Below, in pieces: positions 23,996 through 38,900 of a stretch of DNA of 64,000 nucleotides. Position numbers and translations under genes: made by a program. The notes under the pieces were generated by a model. It did not search any database and was not told where the DNA came from. It worked only from the letters and a program-made list of their open reading frames with translations. The DNA lies in contig NC_090342.1 of NCBI RefSeq assembly GCF_035084215.1, positions 20,956,001 through 21,020,000 on the forward strand, in the 5' to 3' direction. Position 1 is the stretch's first letter. Every line of letters begins with the position of its first letter. Source of the stretch: Heptranchias perlo (lineage: Eukaryota).

Positions 23996-26900
23996 GTAAA
24001 AGAAAATTAATTTCAGTTAGAATACGTTCAGTGCCGAGGCGTTAGTCAATGGTGCAATCCAGTTCAACGTTACTGCTGGTTTGAGCATTTAAAAAAAAAA
24101 CCTTTTCAAACTTCCCCGCCGGGTGAAAGGGCTCCGTCACTGTTCTGGATGAGGCAGGTCTGTCATGTGCTCTTTTGCTTTAAGTGCATATTTTACAGGA
24201 CTAACTACTTCAAGGCATAGTTACACCACCATCCGCAGCAAAAGTGCCAATAAAGCTCTTAAATTACTGATCAAGATCACAAGCTAAATACAGTTCAGGT
24301 GGTAGACATCAGGAACAATTGGAGCAGACGTGTAATGAAAACATAAAGCAAGCATTAAAAACTTGACAAAAGGGATACATCCCACTCATTTCACCATAGT
24401 GATTGTGCCTATGGTCTGTTGGCCTCCCTTGGTTCATCCGACCAGAATAAAATACAATTTTATTCACAACAGCAATATTTAAAACACTTTGATACTTAGG
24501 TTTGGGAGAGGTACCTCAGGCATGGCTTTAAGTTTGTGATTTTGGACATTGGATGATGACCAGGGTAGATGGCCTTCATGTTAAAATAGCCCGCTGATTC
24601 TTCTAGGGTGGCACATGAAGAATGGCCACTTTGGAAAGATGTGGGATGACTGCCCGTACCCTTAGAACCATACCTTGGCATGAGTCAACAAACTGGAATT
24701 TCCTTCGTGGATGCAACCTGGAAGTTAAACCCAAAAATGCACTAATTCCTGTGGCCATTTTGCTTATGGCAACATATGCTCAAATTTCTTGTGAATCTCA
24801 TTAGAACACGCCCGAATGTATAATGGGCAGAAATCAGCATAAACAGTCAGGGCCCAAGGAAAGCACTGAACTCGCACCGTATCTTTAAGTATAAAAATTA
24901 AAGTTTCAAATCATTTAACCATCATTCATGCACATTAGGCACAGCATGTTTAGGAACCTGCAAATGGGGAAGCTTTTTAATTTTTAATGTGACAGTGCCG
25001 GTCTCTGAGGGCCCATTTTAAAAAAAAATTCAAAAACTTTCAATAAAACACCAGAACTTTGATTCCTGCGGCACCTCAAAATCTGGTTGTAATTTGAAGA
25101 GAGCCTCTGAGCAAGTGCAATTGCAGGAAACCCGCCTGTAAGGCTCTGCTTGGAGATAGGGCTGTTATGGGTGGAGAGATCGAAAAACGATCATAAAAGA
25201 TTGAGGACTTGGGTGTACAGGGCACAATTTCAAAATTTGCAGATGACATAAAACTTGTGAGTGTAGTAAACAGTGAGGAGGATAGTAATAGACCACAGGT
25301 TGGTGGAAGGGGCAAACGCATGGCAGATGAAATTTAATGCAGAGAAGTGTGAAGTGATACATTTTGGCAGAAAGAACAAGGCAAGGCAATACAAACTAAA
25401 TGGTACAATTCTAAAGGGGGTGCAGGAACAGAGATTTCTGGGGGTATATGTGCACAAATATTTGAAGGTAGCAGGACAGGTTGAGAAAGCGGTTAAAAAA
25501 GCATATGGGATCCTGGGCTTTATAAATGGAGGTATAGAGTATGAAAGCAAGGAAATTATGTTGAACCTTTATAAAACACTGGTTCAGCCACAGCTGGAGT
25601 ATTGTGTCCAATTCTGGGCACCGCACTTTAGGAAGGATGTGAAGGCCTTAGGGAGGATGCAGAAAAGATTTACTAGAATGGTTCCAGGGATGAGGGACTA
25701 AAGTTACATGAATAGACTGGAGAAGCTGGGGTTGCTTTCCTTTAGAGCAGAGAAGATTGAGAGGAAATTTGATAGAAGTGTTCAAAATCATGAAGGGTTT
25801 AGATAAATTAAATAAAGATAAACATTGGTGGAAGGGTCGACAACTGGAGGACACAGATTTAAGGTGATTGGCAAAAGAACCAAAGGCGACGTGAGGTAAA
25901 ACATCTTTACGCAGCGAGTAGTTATGATCTGGAATGCATTGCCTGAAAGTGTAATGGATGCAGATTCAATCGTGGCTTCCAAAAAGGAATTGGATAAATA
26001 TTTGAAGGGAAAAAATTTGCAGGGCTACAGGGAAAGAGCAGGGGAATGGGACTAACTGGACTCTTACAATGAGCCAGCACAAGCTCGATGGGCTGAATGG
26101 CCTCCTTCTGTGCTGTAACAATTCTATGATTCTATAATTCTATGAGAGGGTTGTCCTATGAGGGGAGATTGAGCAGAATGGGCCTATATTCTCTGGAGTT
26201 TAGAAGAATGAGAGGTGATCTCATTGAAACATATAAAATTCTTAGAGGGCTTGATAGGGTAGATGCTGAGAGGCTGTTTCCCCTAGCTGGAGAGTCTAGA
26301 ACTAGGGGTCATAGTCTCAAGATAAGGGGTTGGCCATTTCGGACCGAGATGAGGAAAAATTTCTTCACTCAGGGTTGTGAATTTTTGGAATACTCTACCA
26401 TAGAGGACTGTGAATGCTCAGTCATTGTGTATATTCAAGACTGAGATTGGTAGATTTTTGGACACTAAGAGAATCAAGGGATATGGGGATAGGGTGGGAA
26501 AGTGAAGTCGAGGTAGAAGATCAGCCATGATCTTATTGAATGGAGGAGCAGGCTCGAGGGGCCTTATGGCCTACTCCTGCTACTATTTCTTATGTTCTTA
26601 TTCCGTCTTTTCAGTGTAAAACCCTAGCAAGTTATTGTTAGAGACTATTCGTGTAACTGTAATTATCTATCTTTCTCTAGTTACAATCAAAGACCTTGCC
26701 TCTGATGTAATTTACAAGGTGTTTGGACGGTTTCATTTTACTGCTCCTTGGTGGAAAGTGACTGCAAAGATCTTCTGTCACCAGAAAAAATGGTATTTAC
26801 AGTCGTATCCATCTTACTCTCTCAGGAGACACCTGGGCCATCAAAGAATGGAAATTTTCAGCCTGTTCCTAACAGCATGTCACGTCCATGAACAACACAT

Positions 26901-29900
26901 ACAATTCTTTATTGATTTTTTGTCTGACAGTTGTAATCTTGAATTTTCAAACTTATGGATGACTTTACAATGGCTTGCAAATGAGAAGAAGGATACAAAA
27001 GAACAAGGATTTGCAGAAAGCATTATTAGAGGCATAAATAGTTCAGGTAAGCATGGGTTTTGCTCTTTTATTGCAAGCTTGTATATGATCACCTGGGATC
27101 AATAACAGAAAATATTTTTGATCATCAGTCGTAAGAGTAAGATAAAAGGAAATGAAAGTTGCTGTAATTTGTCCCATTAAATTTTAATGGAAGTAAAACT
27201 CCCACTGTACATCGAGTGAATATAGACAGAAATATTGATCTTTTGGCTCCTTTAGAAAAGTTGTGCAGAAACTTAATGGTATTAAACTGCAGGAAGTTGG
27301 AGAATGATAAAGTAAATATTTGCATATAATTGCAGGCCATTGTGTCGATCGCGGGACAACTTGAGCAGCTTGGTGAGGGCTATAGGAATGCTTGGAAAAT
27401 GAAGCATTTTGAAAACCAATATTCCAAATTCACTAAACAGTCTCTCACAATTACTATTGTTAATGCAGATTTTCAGAAATACTAATTTGCCCAATTAATC
27501 AGTTCCAGTGGCAGCAATTATAATTTCCTTTTGATCTTCTATTTTTACCTAAAGTAAATGTCATCACTCGAATGCAAAATGTGTCTCCCTGTTTTGTATG
27601 GTTTGAGTGACTTTAGCTTAGCAATTTGATCCACAGAGTGAAGTTTGAGTGACTGATGCATTGTGTACAACAAATGCTTGCAGTGTTCAGAAATCACCCT
27701 GTAGAAGGCACAGAATCCTAACTGATGGGTTCATGACCATCTACTAATACAAACTACTAATTAAGTCTTTTAGGGGGGAAAAATGAGCTCTACATCTACT
27801 GTTAATAGTAACTGGCTCAGAAATGAATGTACTAAAAATGAGAGCCAGGACTTTCAGAAGTGAAGTTAAGAAACACTTCTACAAGCAAAGGGTGGTAGAA
27901 GTTTGGAACTCTCCTGCAATTGGCAGTTGATGCTAGCTCAATTGTTAATTTTAAATCTGAGATTGATAGATTTTTGTTAGCCCCATATCCCGTAATACCT
28001 TTGGTTAAGGCAGGGATATGGAGTTAGGTCACAGATCAGCCATGATCTCATTGAATGGTTAGGGTTAGGGGCTAAATGGCCTACTCCTGTTCCTCTGTTC
28101 CTGTGAAGAGGTTCTTCTGTGCATCTTCATTATGTTAAAACAGTAGTCTGATCAGCTCCAACTTGGATGTCCCAATCAAAAACTGCAAAAATAGAGTTTT
28201 ATCTAATGGCCACATATTAAATGCCCATTACCCAGTCAAATGAGGTGTTATGTTCATTAGTGTTATCTGCATACTATACAATTACTGCACTTGATAAGGT
28301 ACCTCATTTAGTATTCTTACCTTGATGGGAATGGAATAATATCAAATAACACAACTGATACGATTATTTACAATGTAGGGAATAAATTATAAATGGTAGA
28401 ACTCTGAATTAATAACAGAAACTGCTGGAAATAAACAGGTCCATCAACATCTGAAAAGAGGAAAGACTGTTTAATGTTTTGGAGAGGAAGGATCTTCCCC
28501 CGACAAAATAATATGAGATTAAAAAGATAAACTACAAAGAATGAAGTGCAAGTCTATCAGCATCTGAAAAGGGAAGTTACTTTGACAGAATCTATGTTGT
28601 CTATTTTTCTTTTCTTTTCAAAATACTTAGAGAGGATAAAACCCCTGGATGGATTGCATTCGCGCATATTAAAAGAAGTGAGGGCAGAGATAGCAGAGGC
28701 ACTATTACATATATATAAAAATTCATTAGAAAATAGTGAATAGTGTCAGAGAACTGGCATACAGCTAATGTGATTCCTATATTTAAAAAGGGAGATAGAA
28801 CCAGTCCAGGGAATTAGAGGGTTAGATGAAGTAGGGAGGGAGGAGCCTCGTGTGGAGCATAAACACCGGCATGGACCTGTTAGGCCGGATGGCCTGTTTC
28901 TGTGCTGTACATTCTATATACATCTATATACACCTTTCATGATCCTGTATGCTGAAAGGCTATGTGTAAGTATAAGGGATGGGGAAAAATTAGAATTCAC
29001 ATTTCTGACTATAAAATGTGTATCTAGCCTTTTATTGCTATATTTCATATTCACTTTTTGTATAGCATTAATGTTTCAGGTTACAATCAAAAAAAAAATC
29101 GAGCTAGAAACATAATGCAACTAGAGCATTGCTATTCCACAGCTGTTACATCATGTCTACAGCACAGAAACAGGCCATTCGGCCTAACTGGTCTATGCAG
29201 ATGTTTATGCTCCACCTGAGCCTCCGCCTTCCCTACTACATCTACCCCTATCAGCATACCCTTCTGTTTCTTTCTCCTTCATGTGCTTATCTAGCTTCCC
29301 CTTAAATGCACCTATGCTATGTGCCTCAACCACTCCTTGTGATAGTGCGTTCCACATTCTTTGGGTATAGAAGTTTCTCCTGAATTCCCTATTGGATTTA
29401 TTAGTGACTATCTTATATATATGGCCCATAGATTTGGACTCCCCCACAAGTGGAAACATTTTCTATGCGTCTACCCTATCAAACCCTTTCATTATCTTAA
29501 AGACCTCTATCAGGTTATCGCTCAGACTTCTCTTTTCTAGAAAAAAGAGCCCGAGCCAGTTTAGTCTTTCCTGATAGGTATATCCTCTCAGTTCCGGTAT
29601 CGTCCTTGTGAATCTTTTTTGCATCTTCTCCAATGCCTCTATATCCTTTTTATAATATGGAGACCCAGAACTGTTCACAGTACTCCAAGTGTGGTCTAAC
29701 CAAGATTCTATTCTAGTTTAACATAACTTCTTTGCTTTTCAATTCTGTCCCTTTAGAAATGAACCTCAGTCCTTGGTTTGCTTTTTTTATGGCCTTATTA
29801 ACCTGCGTCGCTACTTTTAGTGATTTGTGTATCTGTATCCTGAGATCCTTTTGCTCCTCTACCCCATTTAGACTCTTATTATCCGAGTAAAATGTGGCCT

Positions 29901-32900
29901 CCTTATTCTTCCTACCAAAATGCACTGCTTCACGCTTACATATATTGAAATTCATTACATACCCATTCTGCAGGTTTATTCATGTCTTCTTGCATTTTAA
30001 CGCATTATTCCTTTGTATTAACTACTCCCCCAAATTTCTTGTTGTTTGCAAGTTTTGAAATTTTGCTTCCAAATCGTTGATGTAAATTGTTAACAGTAGT
30101 CCCACCACTTCCCACCTTTTGCCAGTCTGAGTATCAACCCTTAACCCCTACTTTCTGTTTTGTAGCCAGCTTGCTATACAATCTGCTACCTGTCCCCGAC
30201 TCCATATGCTCTGACCTTAGTCATGAGTCTACAATGTGGTACCATATCGAAGGCCTTTTGAAAATCCAAATATATTACATCTATTGCATTACCCTTGTCT
30301 ACTCTTTCTGTTACTTCTTTGAAGAATTCAATAAGGTTGGTCAAGAATGACTTTCTCTTCTGAAATCCATGCTGACTATTCTTTATTATATTTTCATTTT
30401 CTAGCTGTTTTTATATTACATCTTTCCTACCACCGACATTAAGATAACTGGTCTATAGTTCCCAGGACTTGTTCTATCTCCCTTTATAAATATAGTAATC
30501 ATATTAGCTGTCCGCCAGTCCTCTGGCACTATTCCTTTTTTAATGAATTTTTATATATATGTAATAGCGCCTCTGCTATCTCTTCCCTAACTTCTTTTAA
30601 TATGTGCAGATGCAATCCATCCAAACTAGGGGTTTTATCCTCTCTAAGTATGATTAGTTTATCAATTATCTCCCCCCCACTTTCTATGTCTTTATGCCTT
30701 TTTTGATCTCTTCTAATGTCATACCCACCTTGTTCGTCTCCCTGGTAAATACCGAGGCATTTTGCTGTCATTACCTGTGAGTTTATCTTGTGAATCCCTT
30801 AGTGCTGGCATTTAGAAGTACAGTGTAATAATAAGCAGCATAGTGAGCCTCTGAAGTGCATCTTCTAAGATGGAGCCAAGAAGTAACAAGGGGCAGAAAA
30901 TACTGGTGGGAGTAGTTTATATGCCCCCTAACAGTAGTTATAGTGTATGACAGAGTATAAGGTGCGGCCACCAATGGTGGGGTGAAGGGAGTGGGGGATG
31001 TGTAAGAGGCCTGAGTTGGTGGAATGCAGAGAACTCAGAGGATTGTAGGGCTGGAGGAGCTTACAGAAATAGAGATTTGATCAAGAGGAGAATTTTAAAA
31101 TGGAGTCATCGGTTAACCGGGAACCAATGTAGGTCAGCGAGCACAAGGGTAATGGGTGAGTGGGACTTGGTACGGGTTAGGATATGAGCAGCAGAGTTTT
31201 GGATGAGCTCAAGTTTATGGACGGTGGAAGATGGAAAGCTGGCAGGAGAGCATTGGAATAGTCAAGTCTAAAAAGCCTGGTCAGATAAAAAAAATCTTTG
31301 TAACTACATCAAAGGCATTAAAAATGGTCACACTCACACTCACGCGCTCGCTCGCGCGCACGCTTTCTCTCTCTTTCGCATGCGCGCTCGCTCTCCTGGA
31401 CCTACATCCTTGCTGAGATACGTTTCCACAGAGTCCAGTAGCTTGCTAGTAACTTTCGCAGTTAGCCATTCCATGAGTGAGAGTAGACAATGAGGCCTAG
31501 AGTTTCAATGCTAACGGTCTTTGAAATAAATTTTAGTCCTGGCATTAAAATAACACCGACTAGAAAATCTAGGTTTGAGTGTTGGCAAGCTTCGCAACTT
31601 GAGAGCATGTAGCTGAGCCTCACCCTATTTTCAGCTAATATCCACATGCATACTTTCCTGTAGAAATTACAGGGTAATGATCAGGAGCAAGATCTATGGC
31701 TAAAATGTTTTCCTTCCCAAGTCCAAGGAGCAGAGGCCAATTATAGTCCCTCAACTGAGATTAACCAATTCAGCACATTCCTGGAATTGAGTCTGGGACT
31801 TTTGGTCTGTATGACTTAGTGCAGCGCTGGATGATGCCGTTACCCATTGGGTGATGTGGTGATTTCTAAATAAAATAATGGATGGTTTAAAATATAGGAA
31901 ATTTGATGCACAGAAAGTTTTAAAAATAGAGAAAATGATTGTAAGAAAACATTATAAAGCAACTTGAAAAACTAAGTGATGCAACAAACTTCTCCACCCA
32001 CATGCTTCCTACCAGTGTTTAAAACCTAGTGTGAGGTATGTATGATTCCAACACTAATACCAAGCTCATGGATTAAAAACCTTCAATTATAGCAGATACT
32101 TTTGATATTTCATTATTTTAGAAATGGACTAGTGCAGTCCTTAAAGGGATTGTCTTGTTAATGTTAATCTGAGTGTTAAATGGAAGGATGTGTGTGTAAG
32201 GTACCATTTGAGATTCAAGTTATTAACTGTCCAGTAATTTAGTTGAAGGTCAATATGTGCAGAAAGCTTTGAAGTTCCAAAATCTGATGGAGTATCTGCC
32301 ACTACTTTTGCCACGACATTTTTTGCATATTTTGTCGCCAAAGGAGGATAAGGAAAATGTCAGCGAGCACCTCACCATCAGTACTCTGGAGAAACTGGAG
32401 CAGATGATTTGTACAGAAGTGTGGAAGCTCGGATTCAGTCTTGTAAGTTATTCTGTGGGCACAATTGCCAATATGAACAATTCACCATTATGCTGTTGAT
32501 TCTTACCTGTATGCATTTAAACATTATACTGCATGCAATTGTTTTTCATCTGGAAGTGACTTCCAAGGTATCACTTTACTGACTTCAGTACGATGTTATT
32601 TGGCTTCAAGGCTGTGGGGCTGCGACCGGGGGGAGGAGGGTGTATTTTCCCCTCTCTGTTCATTTAATCTATGCTTGTTGTTAATCTCAGATCTAATGAA
32701 AATTATGCTGGCCTCAGGAGCAATACAATTATAACAATCCAAAACCACTTTTTCATGACACTACCTTTAATAACTGTGAAATGTATATGTTGACCAGGAG
32801 TCTGAGCGAGGAGAGCAGCAAATTAGAGCTGACCAGTAATGTGGGAGGCTATCACATATTTAAACTCGGAGATTCTGGCCAACTTTCACTGTTTGGGTAT

Positions 32901-35900
32901 GTCAGTAATAGCAGCTTGGTAGAGTGGGAGACCAGCAGGAGAGTAGGCATGGGCAAGGGGCAGGTAAATGTACGTGAATGGAGTCACAAAATTAGTTCTA
33001 TCATAGTACAATTCAATACAATGTTTTGCAAGGGGCTGGGACCAAGCTAAAATTTTGATTATATTGAGACATTTGATCCATTGAAGTTAAATATATCTAG
33101 TCTCCAGTGCAGAAATAAATGAGATGATATTGTATTTAAACTACTTTTGGATCTGACTACACATAATGTACATTGGACTTCATTGCTCATGCGATACGCA
33201 TTCAGGTCCACTTGGGTGATATCACACCAGGTCCCATATGGGGTAGTCCATAAGTATAGACAGCTTTCATTATTTTAGGATTAGGTTTAATGAAAATGAG
33301 GACATTGGCATTTTGTAGGCATATTTTATTATTTTAGGGGATTTAAGCAGCAGGCACCAACACCTTGGGAAACTCCCAGATATGCTGCGTCGTGCTGTGG
33401 TCTGACTGGGAGATTGTAGTAGTTCCCCTGTAAAGATATGGGGACCTGTAAAGATTTGGGGGAGTAGCGTGGCAGTCAACTTTTAAGATATGTAACAGAC
33501 ACTAAGAGCTACAGAACTTTCAGGGCCTGTTTACTTCAGGCATCTTTTATGAAACATAATGCATTTTCTCACTTGAAACAAGTTGATGGGCTGGCAATCT
33601 GTTTTCATGTTTCTGTTAATGCTGTTCTGAAACTTGCAACTAGGGGTCATGGGAGAATGTGCCAGCTTCATTCATCTTCAGCTTTCAATCTGGTGTACCA
33701 TTGTGGCACACTACGATGGGGCAGGACATCCCAGGACACTTTCTATATTTTAATTCTGTTCTGAAAAGAAGAGCACGGTTATGGAGTAGAGTCTCAGGAT
33801 AAAAGAAAGACAAATTTGAATTATTCAACACGAAGAGAACCACATGCAGTTTAAAATAAAAATTAAAAACATTGTAAGCAAAGGGAGCAATTCTTTGGCT
33901 GTTGATTCCATTTGAGAGTTAGGCAGGTATCTCAATATTGATGTAATAACTTGAAACCATGTGATATCGCTAAATATTTGAAAATGGGACTTGCAGAAAG
34001 TAAATAGTGACAACAGTAGTCAGACAGCAACAAAAATATCGACCATACAATGAGAAAAATCTATGACAGCCATACTGGGGAGAGGAAAAACTGTGACAGA
34101 GAGAAATACAGCAAGAATTAGAGATTGGCAAAAAAAAGAAACAATTAAAGGGAACAATGCCATGGGAGATCAACCAGTATTAGTAAATATTGAAGAATGA
34201 TATACCTTAGTCTTTTCTACAAGACTAACATGGTTATTACAGATATGATTAAAGACTCTCTTAAGATGCAGTTGTTATGTCATATTAAATGCTTAGTTTA
34301 AGATTGATTTCTGAAAGACATTTCTCTCCTTATGATAGATTCTCTTAAAGGAGCTTCAACTTATTGGTTGTGAGGCATCCTTGTTGGCCTTTGAGGAAGC
34401 TGATCTACTGAGGACAATTCCAGAGTTACAACAACATGCTTTGGTGATTTATGATACACTCAAACAAACTTGCTGGAGTAAAGGACATACCTATGTTCAA
34501 GTTGATGAGCTGACTGGATTACGTACATCCAAGTTCAGTGTTGAAAGCGCATGGGAATCACTAAAATTTTTAAAGGATTACAAGATTATCGTAATAGAAA
34601 AAAAGCGCGTGTTTCTCACGCGTTTTTACAACTATGAGAAAGAAATTGCTAATTGTATAGAGGAACTTGTGGAGAGACCTCCATGGCGCATTTCTGTGAT
34701 TGTGGAGGAAGTTCTGAGAAAAGCTTTCACTCCAATCCAGAAGGAAAGATTACCTGAGGATACAGAGGCTGGTGAAACAGAGTACAGTGAAGATGTTGAT
34801 TTGGACCCAGATCAGGTGAAAGCTGCTGCCATGATGTGTGAAAATCCTGTTACGATCATTAGTGGTAAAGGCGGCTGTGGAAAGACTACACTTGTTAGCC
34901 TCATCTTCAAGGCAGCAGTTGAAAATATGGAGAGTGCGGATAATGAGGAACTTTTGCAAGCATGTCGAGATCTTGAGCGGGATCAATGCGCTCCTGAAAG
35001 TTGGGATATTCCATCAAGTAAAACTCCAGATGTCGCCTGTGTTGAAAAGGATGGAGTCAAAAAAGAATCTGTGCTGTTCACTGCACCGACTGGAAAGGCA
35101 GCATCTCTTTTAAAGAAAAAAACTGGGTTTGGTGCTTATACTTTACATCAGGTAACTGCCATCTAAGGATACTGTTGCAGATAGTTTAAACCTTTTGATT
35201 GCATATAGCATGAAGTAAACACTTGACCTTTAAGAGGACTCCTAAAGCACACACTACTACCGCGTTGGAGGTTAAAATGAGGGCGTATGTTTTTAAGGAA
35301 TACGTTACTTCAGGCTACATGTAAAATGTTAATCTTGTTAATGACTTGTTAATCAGTAATAACTAATTTGAGTTATATTAATAATGTAGATTTTCAGATT
35401 GGGCAAGACATTATTAAGATCAACCAATTTTGGTTGCTCGGCCTCATTTTATAGGATCAACTTAATTAATGTCATGTGGGAGCTCCTGAAAGGGTCAGGA
35501 AATTGTGTGTAAGTAACATTTACAGGTTGCTAAAAAGGGGTGATGAATCAATGTTAAGGAATCTATCTGCATATGGGGATAAAAATCTTGGTAGCAGTTA
35601 CAAGGCTGCTAACGTATACTTCAGCTTTTGCAAAAGTGGTTTGGGTAACAAAAATGGCTGACAAAACTCAGTGACTGACAAGAAATGGAGTCTATGGCCA
35701 AGTGATGGAATGAGGCAATACTCCAACCCCTGTTTGATGGCTGGAAAAATGGAAATGGTGAAGAATAAGGTGATAGCAAGGATGGTGGTCCTGCTTGCTG
35801 CTCTAAGAAACCCTTCCCATAAGACTGTAATGCAGCATGCCTGGAAGGAGGCAGAGGACTTGAGGGCACAGTTGACTATTACTGCCAGTGCCACCTCAAT

Positions 35901-38900
35901 GGTGCAAGTTAGGTGTATGTGTCTTTGCAGCAGATGGTGCAGCTCACCTGGCCGATTGCCAGTTCTACATAGCCATAAAGGTGATAGGATACCAGGGTAT
36001 GGGTGCAGACAGCCCCACCTACCTGACACCCTTCTTCCTCCCCAAAACATAAGTAAATGAGAAGTTGCATTAGAAAACCTACTGTCCCAATATTGTGGAC
36101 ATAGCTAAAAAGCAGCAGTGCTTGAACCCTTGGCTCAAAACCACCTGAACAACTTAGTGGAAAGAAAGAAACAAACGAAAAAAGTGAGAAATGGTTTGTT
36201 AATAGTCTCAAAATGCTGCTAGAAATGTTACTATAGGACTCTTTTAAATTCACTCCTGTAGCCAGCACATGCAGCAGCCCTAGGCACTGATTTTATATGT
36301 GTAGTAGATGAATGAGTGCTGTACCAGCATAAATGGCAGGAGATTGGTTGAAAATGTAAATGATGCCTTCAAGCCTAATTTTAATATAATTAACTCAAAC
36401 TTCTGGCACCAGTACAAAATCTGACTGAAAAATTGGATGAGCTGCTACGTGGGTGGAAATATTGGTTATGGCCACTTTATGGCATAACTGTTTGCAAAAT
36501 CTGCTGTTGTTTGTATGTTTTCAGCATGACCATTTCACTGGCAATTTTAGCAATTCGAATTAAGGTTTGAACTGGCCCGTAGCCCCAACTGTAGTCCATT
36601 TTCATTTAGTGACATTTTTGGCCTCATTACCATTTCTGACCTCAGTGGTTCTCCCATATCACCTCCAATGATAAATCTGCCTCCAAAAAGCTTGGTTTTC
36701 TCTTAGAATCATGTTACAGCTACCTTTTCTACTCTTGCTTTCCCCCTCTCCCTGCCATATTAGTTTAATCCACTCACTCTTACAGCTCTAGTAACCTCCC
36801 CATCAGAATATTGGTCCCAGTATTTCTACACTTTCCTAGCCAATTACTTACCTCCTTAATCTGGCTGTTCTTGTACTGACTAGCATTCAACACTGGTCCT
36901 ACTTCTTAATCTACCTCTCTGCTCCTGAACTCTTGTGAAGTTTTGTGTCAGACACTTATTTCAACTTCTCAATGATCTTTGTACAGCTCAATTCCATCAA
37001 TACCTGATATTTGGTTTGGGCACTTCCAACATTTCTCTTGCACTTCTGAACAGGATACAAGAAAGAGCTTATTACCCAATATGTCATTTTTTCACATCGT
37101 TCACCTGACGAAGGAGGAAGCCTCCGAAAGCTTGTGAATTTAAAATAAAATTGCTGGACTATAACTTGGTGTTGTAAAATTGTTTACAATTATTACCCAA
37201 TAGACAGTCCTTCACTAATCTGTCTCCATTGTAACCTTTCTTGTCTTTGTCTATTTTATTGATATTACTATGGTCAGTACTCTTCTGAACATATAGAATC
37301 TTTGATTTGGTGAAAGTGTGGCCAATATTTGATTTGCAATACAAGTTAACTGTAAAACAAAGCGATCAGTGGGAATCTGACAAATATGAAGTACTTATGC
37401 CTACTTTTGGTTTGATGGCTCTTTAAATACATAAGGAGAGTTTAACAGCCAGCTAAGCCTGATTCCTGTCGCAAGACTATTCTACTACACTGTTGATAGT
37501 TTGGTTGAATATAGGCTGGAGAGGAATAATCCAAACTCAAACAATGTTGTGTGGTTGGTTCAGTTTTGTACATGACTGGTAATTCCTTTTTTAAGATTTG
37601 AATGGTCAGATATTCAAAATCTAAGAAGTCTCACTAACTTTTCTGAGATATAAAAAGAGCAGTTCTGGTCAAATAAAAGAGTTAATTTGAGAAAATCTCA
37701 GCAAAAGAACTGATCAGTTTGAAACTGTCAAGCAATCATTTAAATTTAGAACTGGCTCCTGTAGGAGTAAGAAATTTATAAAGAAAAGAAATGTGTAACA
37801 TAAAAGTTATTTACAAAGTGTTAGCTTAATGTTGCAATCCTTTGTATTTTTGTCCACTTAAAGAGTTGGATAATCTTGCTATTGTAAATATATGACTATT
37901 ATATGATTGTTGCTTATTTGGTTGTTTGTCTTTTGTTAAATAAATTTGCTTAATGGTTTTAAACATAAAACATGGTTTGAAACTCTGATGCTTATCAAAG
38001 ATGAGAGGATAACAGAGGGGGCTTTCTGTTTCATTATTCCTGGCTTGTTACAGAAAGCTTACCGAGATCTCAAGACTGAACAGACACTCTTGAAGGTGTA
38101 GGGGGTTCAGACTTGCTCATGGGAGTGATGCAAGATATAAGAGTTAATATGAATAAGAGGGGTAGAAAAGACCCCAAAACACAACAGGGTGCTTCAGCGT
38201 AGACTGTGCTTTTCACTCTTCCCTCTTCTCCAAATTTAAAGTCTTATATGGATTTAAGTCCTATTAAGGATTAAAAATGAACATGTAGAATTGCAATAAA
38301 ATTAACATGAGAAAAGAATAATCAACAAAATGTTGGTGCAGACTGGTGAGTTTTTCTTCATTTGGGTTTGATTAGTAAAAATTGCTTCGAACTTTTTGGA
38401 GGTATTTGACATTGATTAGGGAGAAAAATGTAGATTTACACTTTGAATCCTCTCCAGATAAAGAACATTTTAATTAATATGTGTTTTTTTTTAACAGGTG
38501 ACATGGAGTTTCTGGTCTAGCGAGAAAGCTCGCAAGGCAGGAGCACCCCTTGATTGGATGTTTTCTGAAGTCCAGGTTCTGATTGTTGATGAGGGGAGTT
38601 TGGTCTCTGTACAGATCCTAAGTACAGTTTTAAAGTTGCTTATGAGACATGCCAATCTTAAAAAGCTTATAATCCTTGGTAAGTGTCTGCTGATAGGAAA
38701 TTTGCTTGTCTTTGGAATGCGTTACTATCATTAACATGTGATGCAAAATACCATTTTTGTTAGTTTTCTCTTTGCCCAGAGAGAGACAGACAGACAAACA
38801 GATCATGGAGTAGCTAATGGTGTCAAGTAAACTTAAAATTTATATGGTTCCAAATTTAATGCTAAATAACTATCAGTAATTTGGTGAATGTGAATTGACA

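Noticed and set aside
35671-36060. 129-aa ORF in HELB intron 4 as an extra exon or nested gene
   Set aside because: Exons 4 and 5 join in frame without it; at most a decayed Myb/SANT-like transposon fragment, too weak to call
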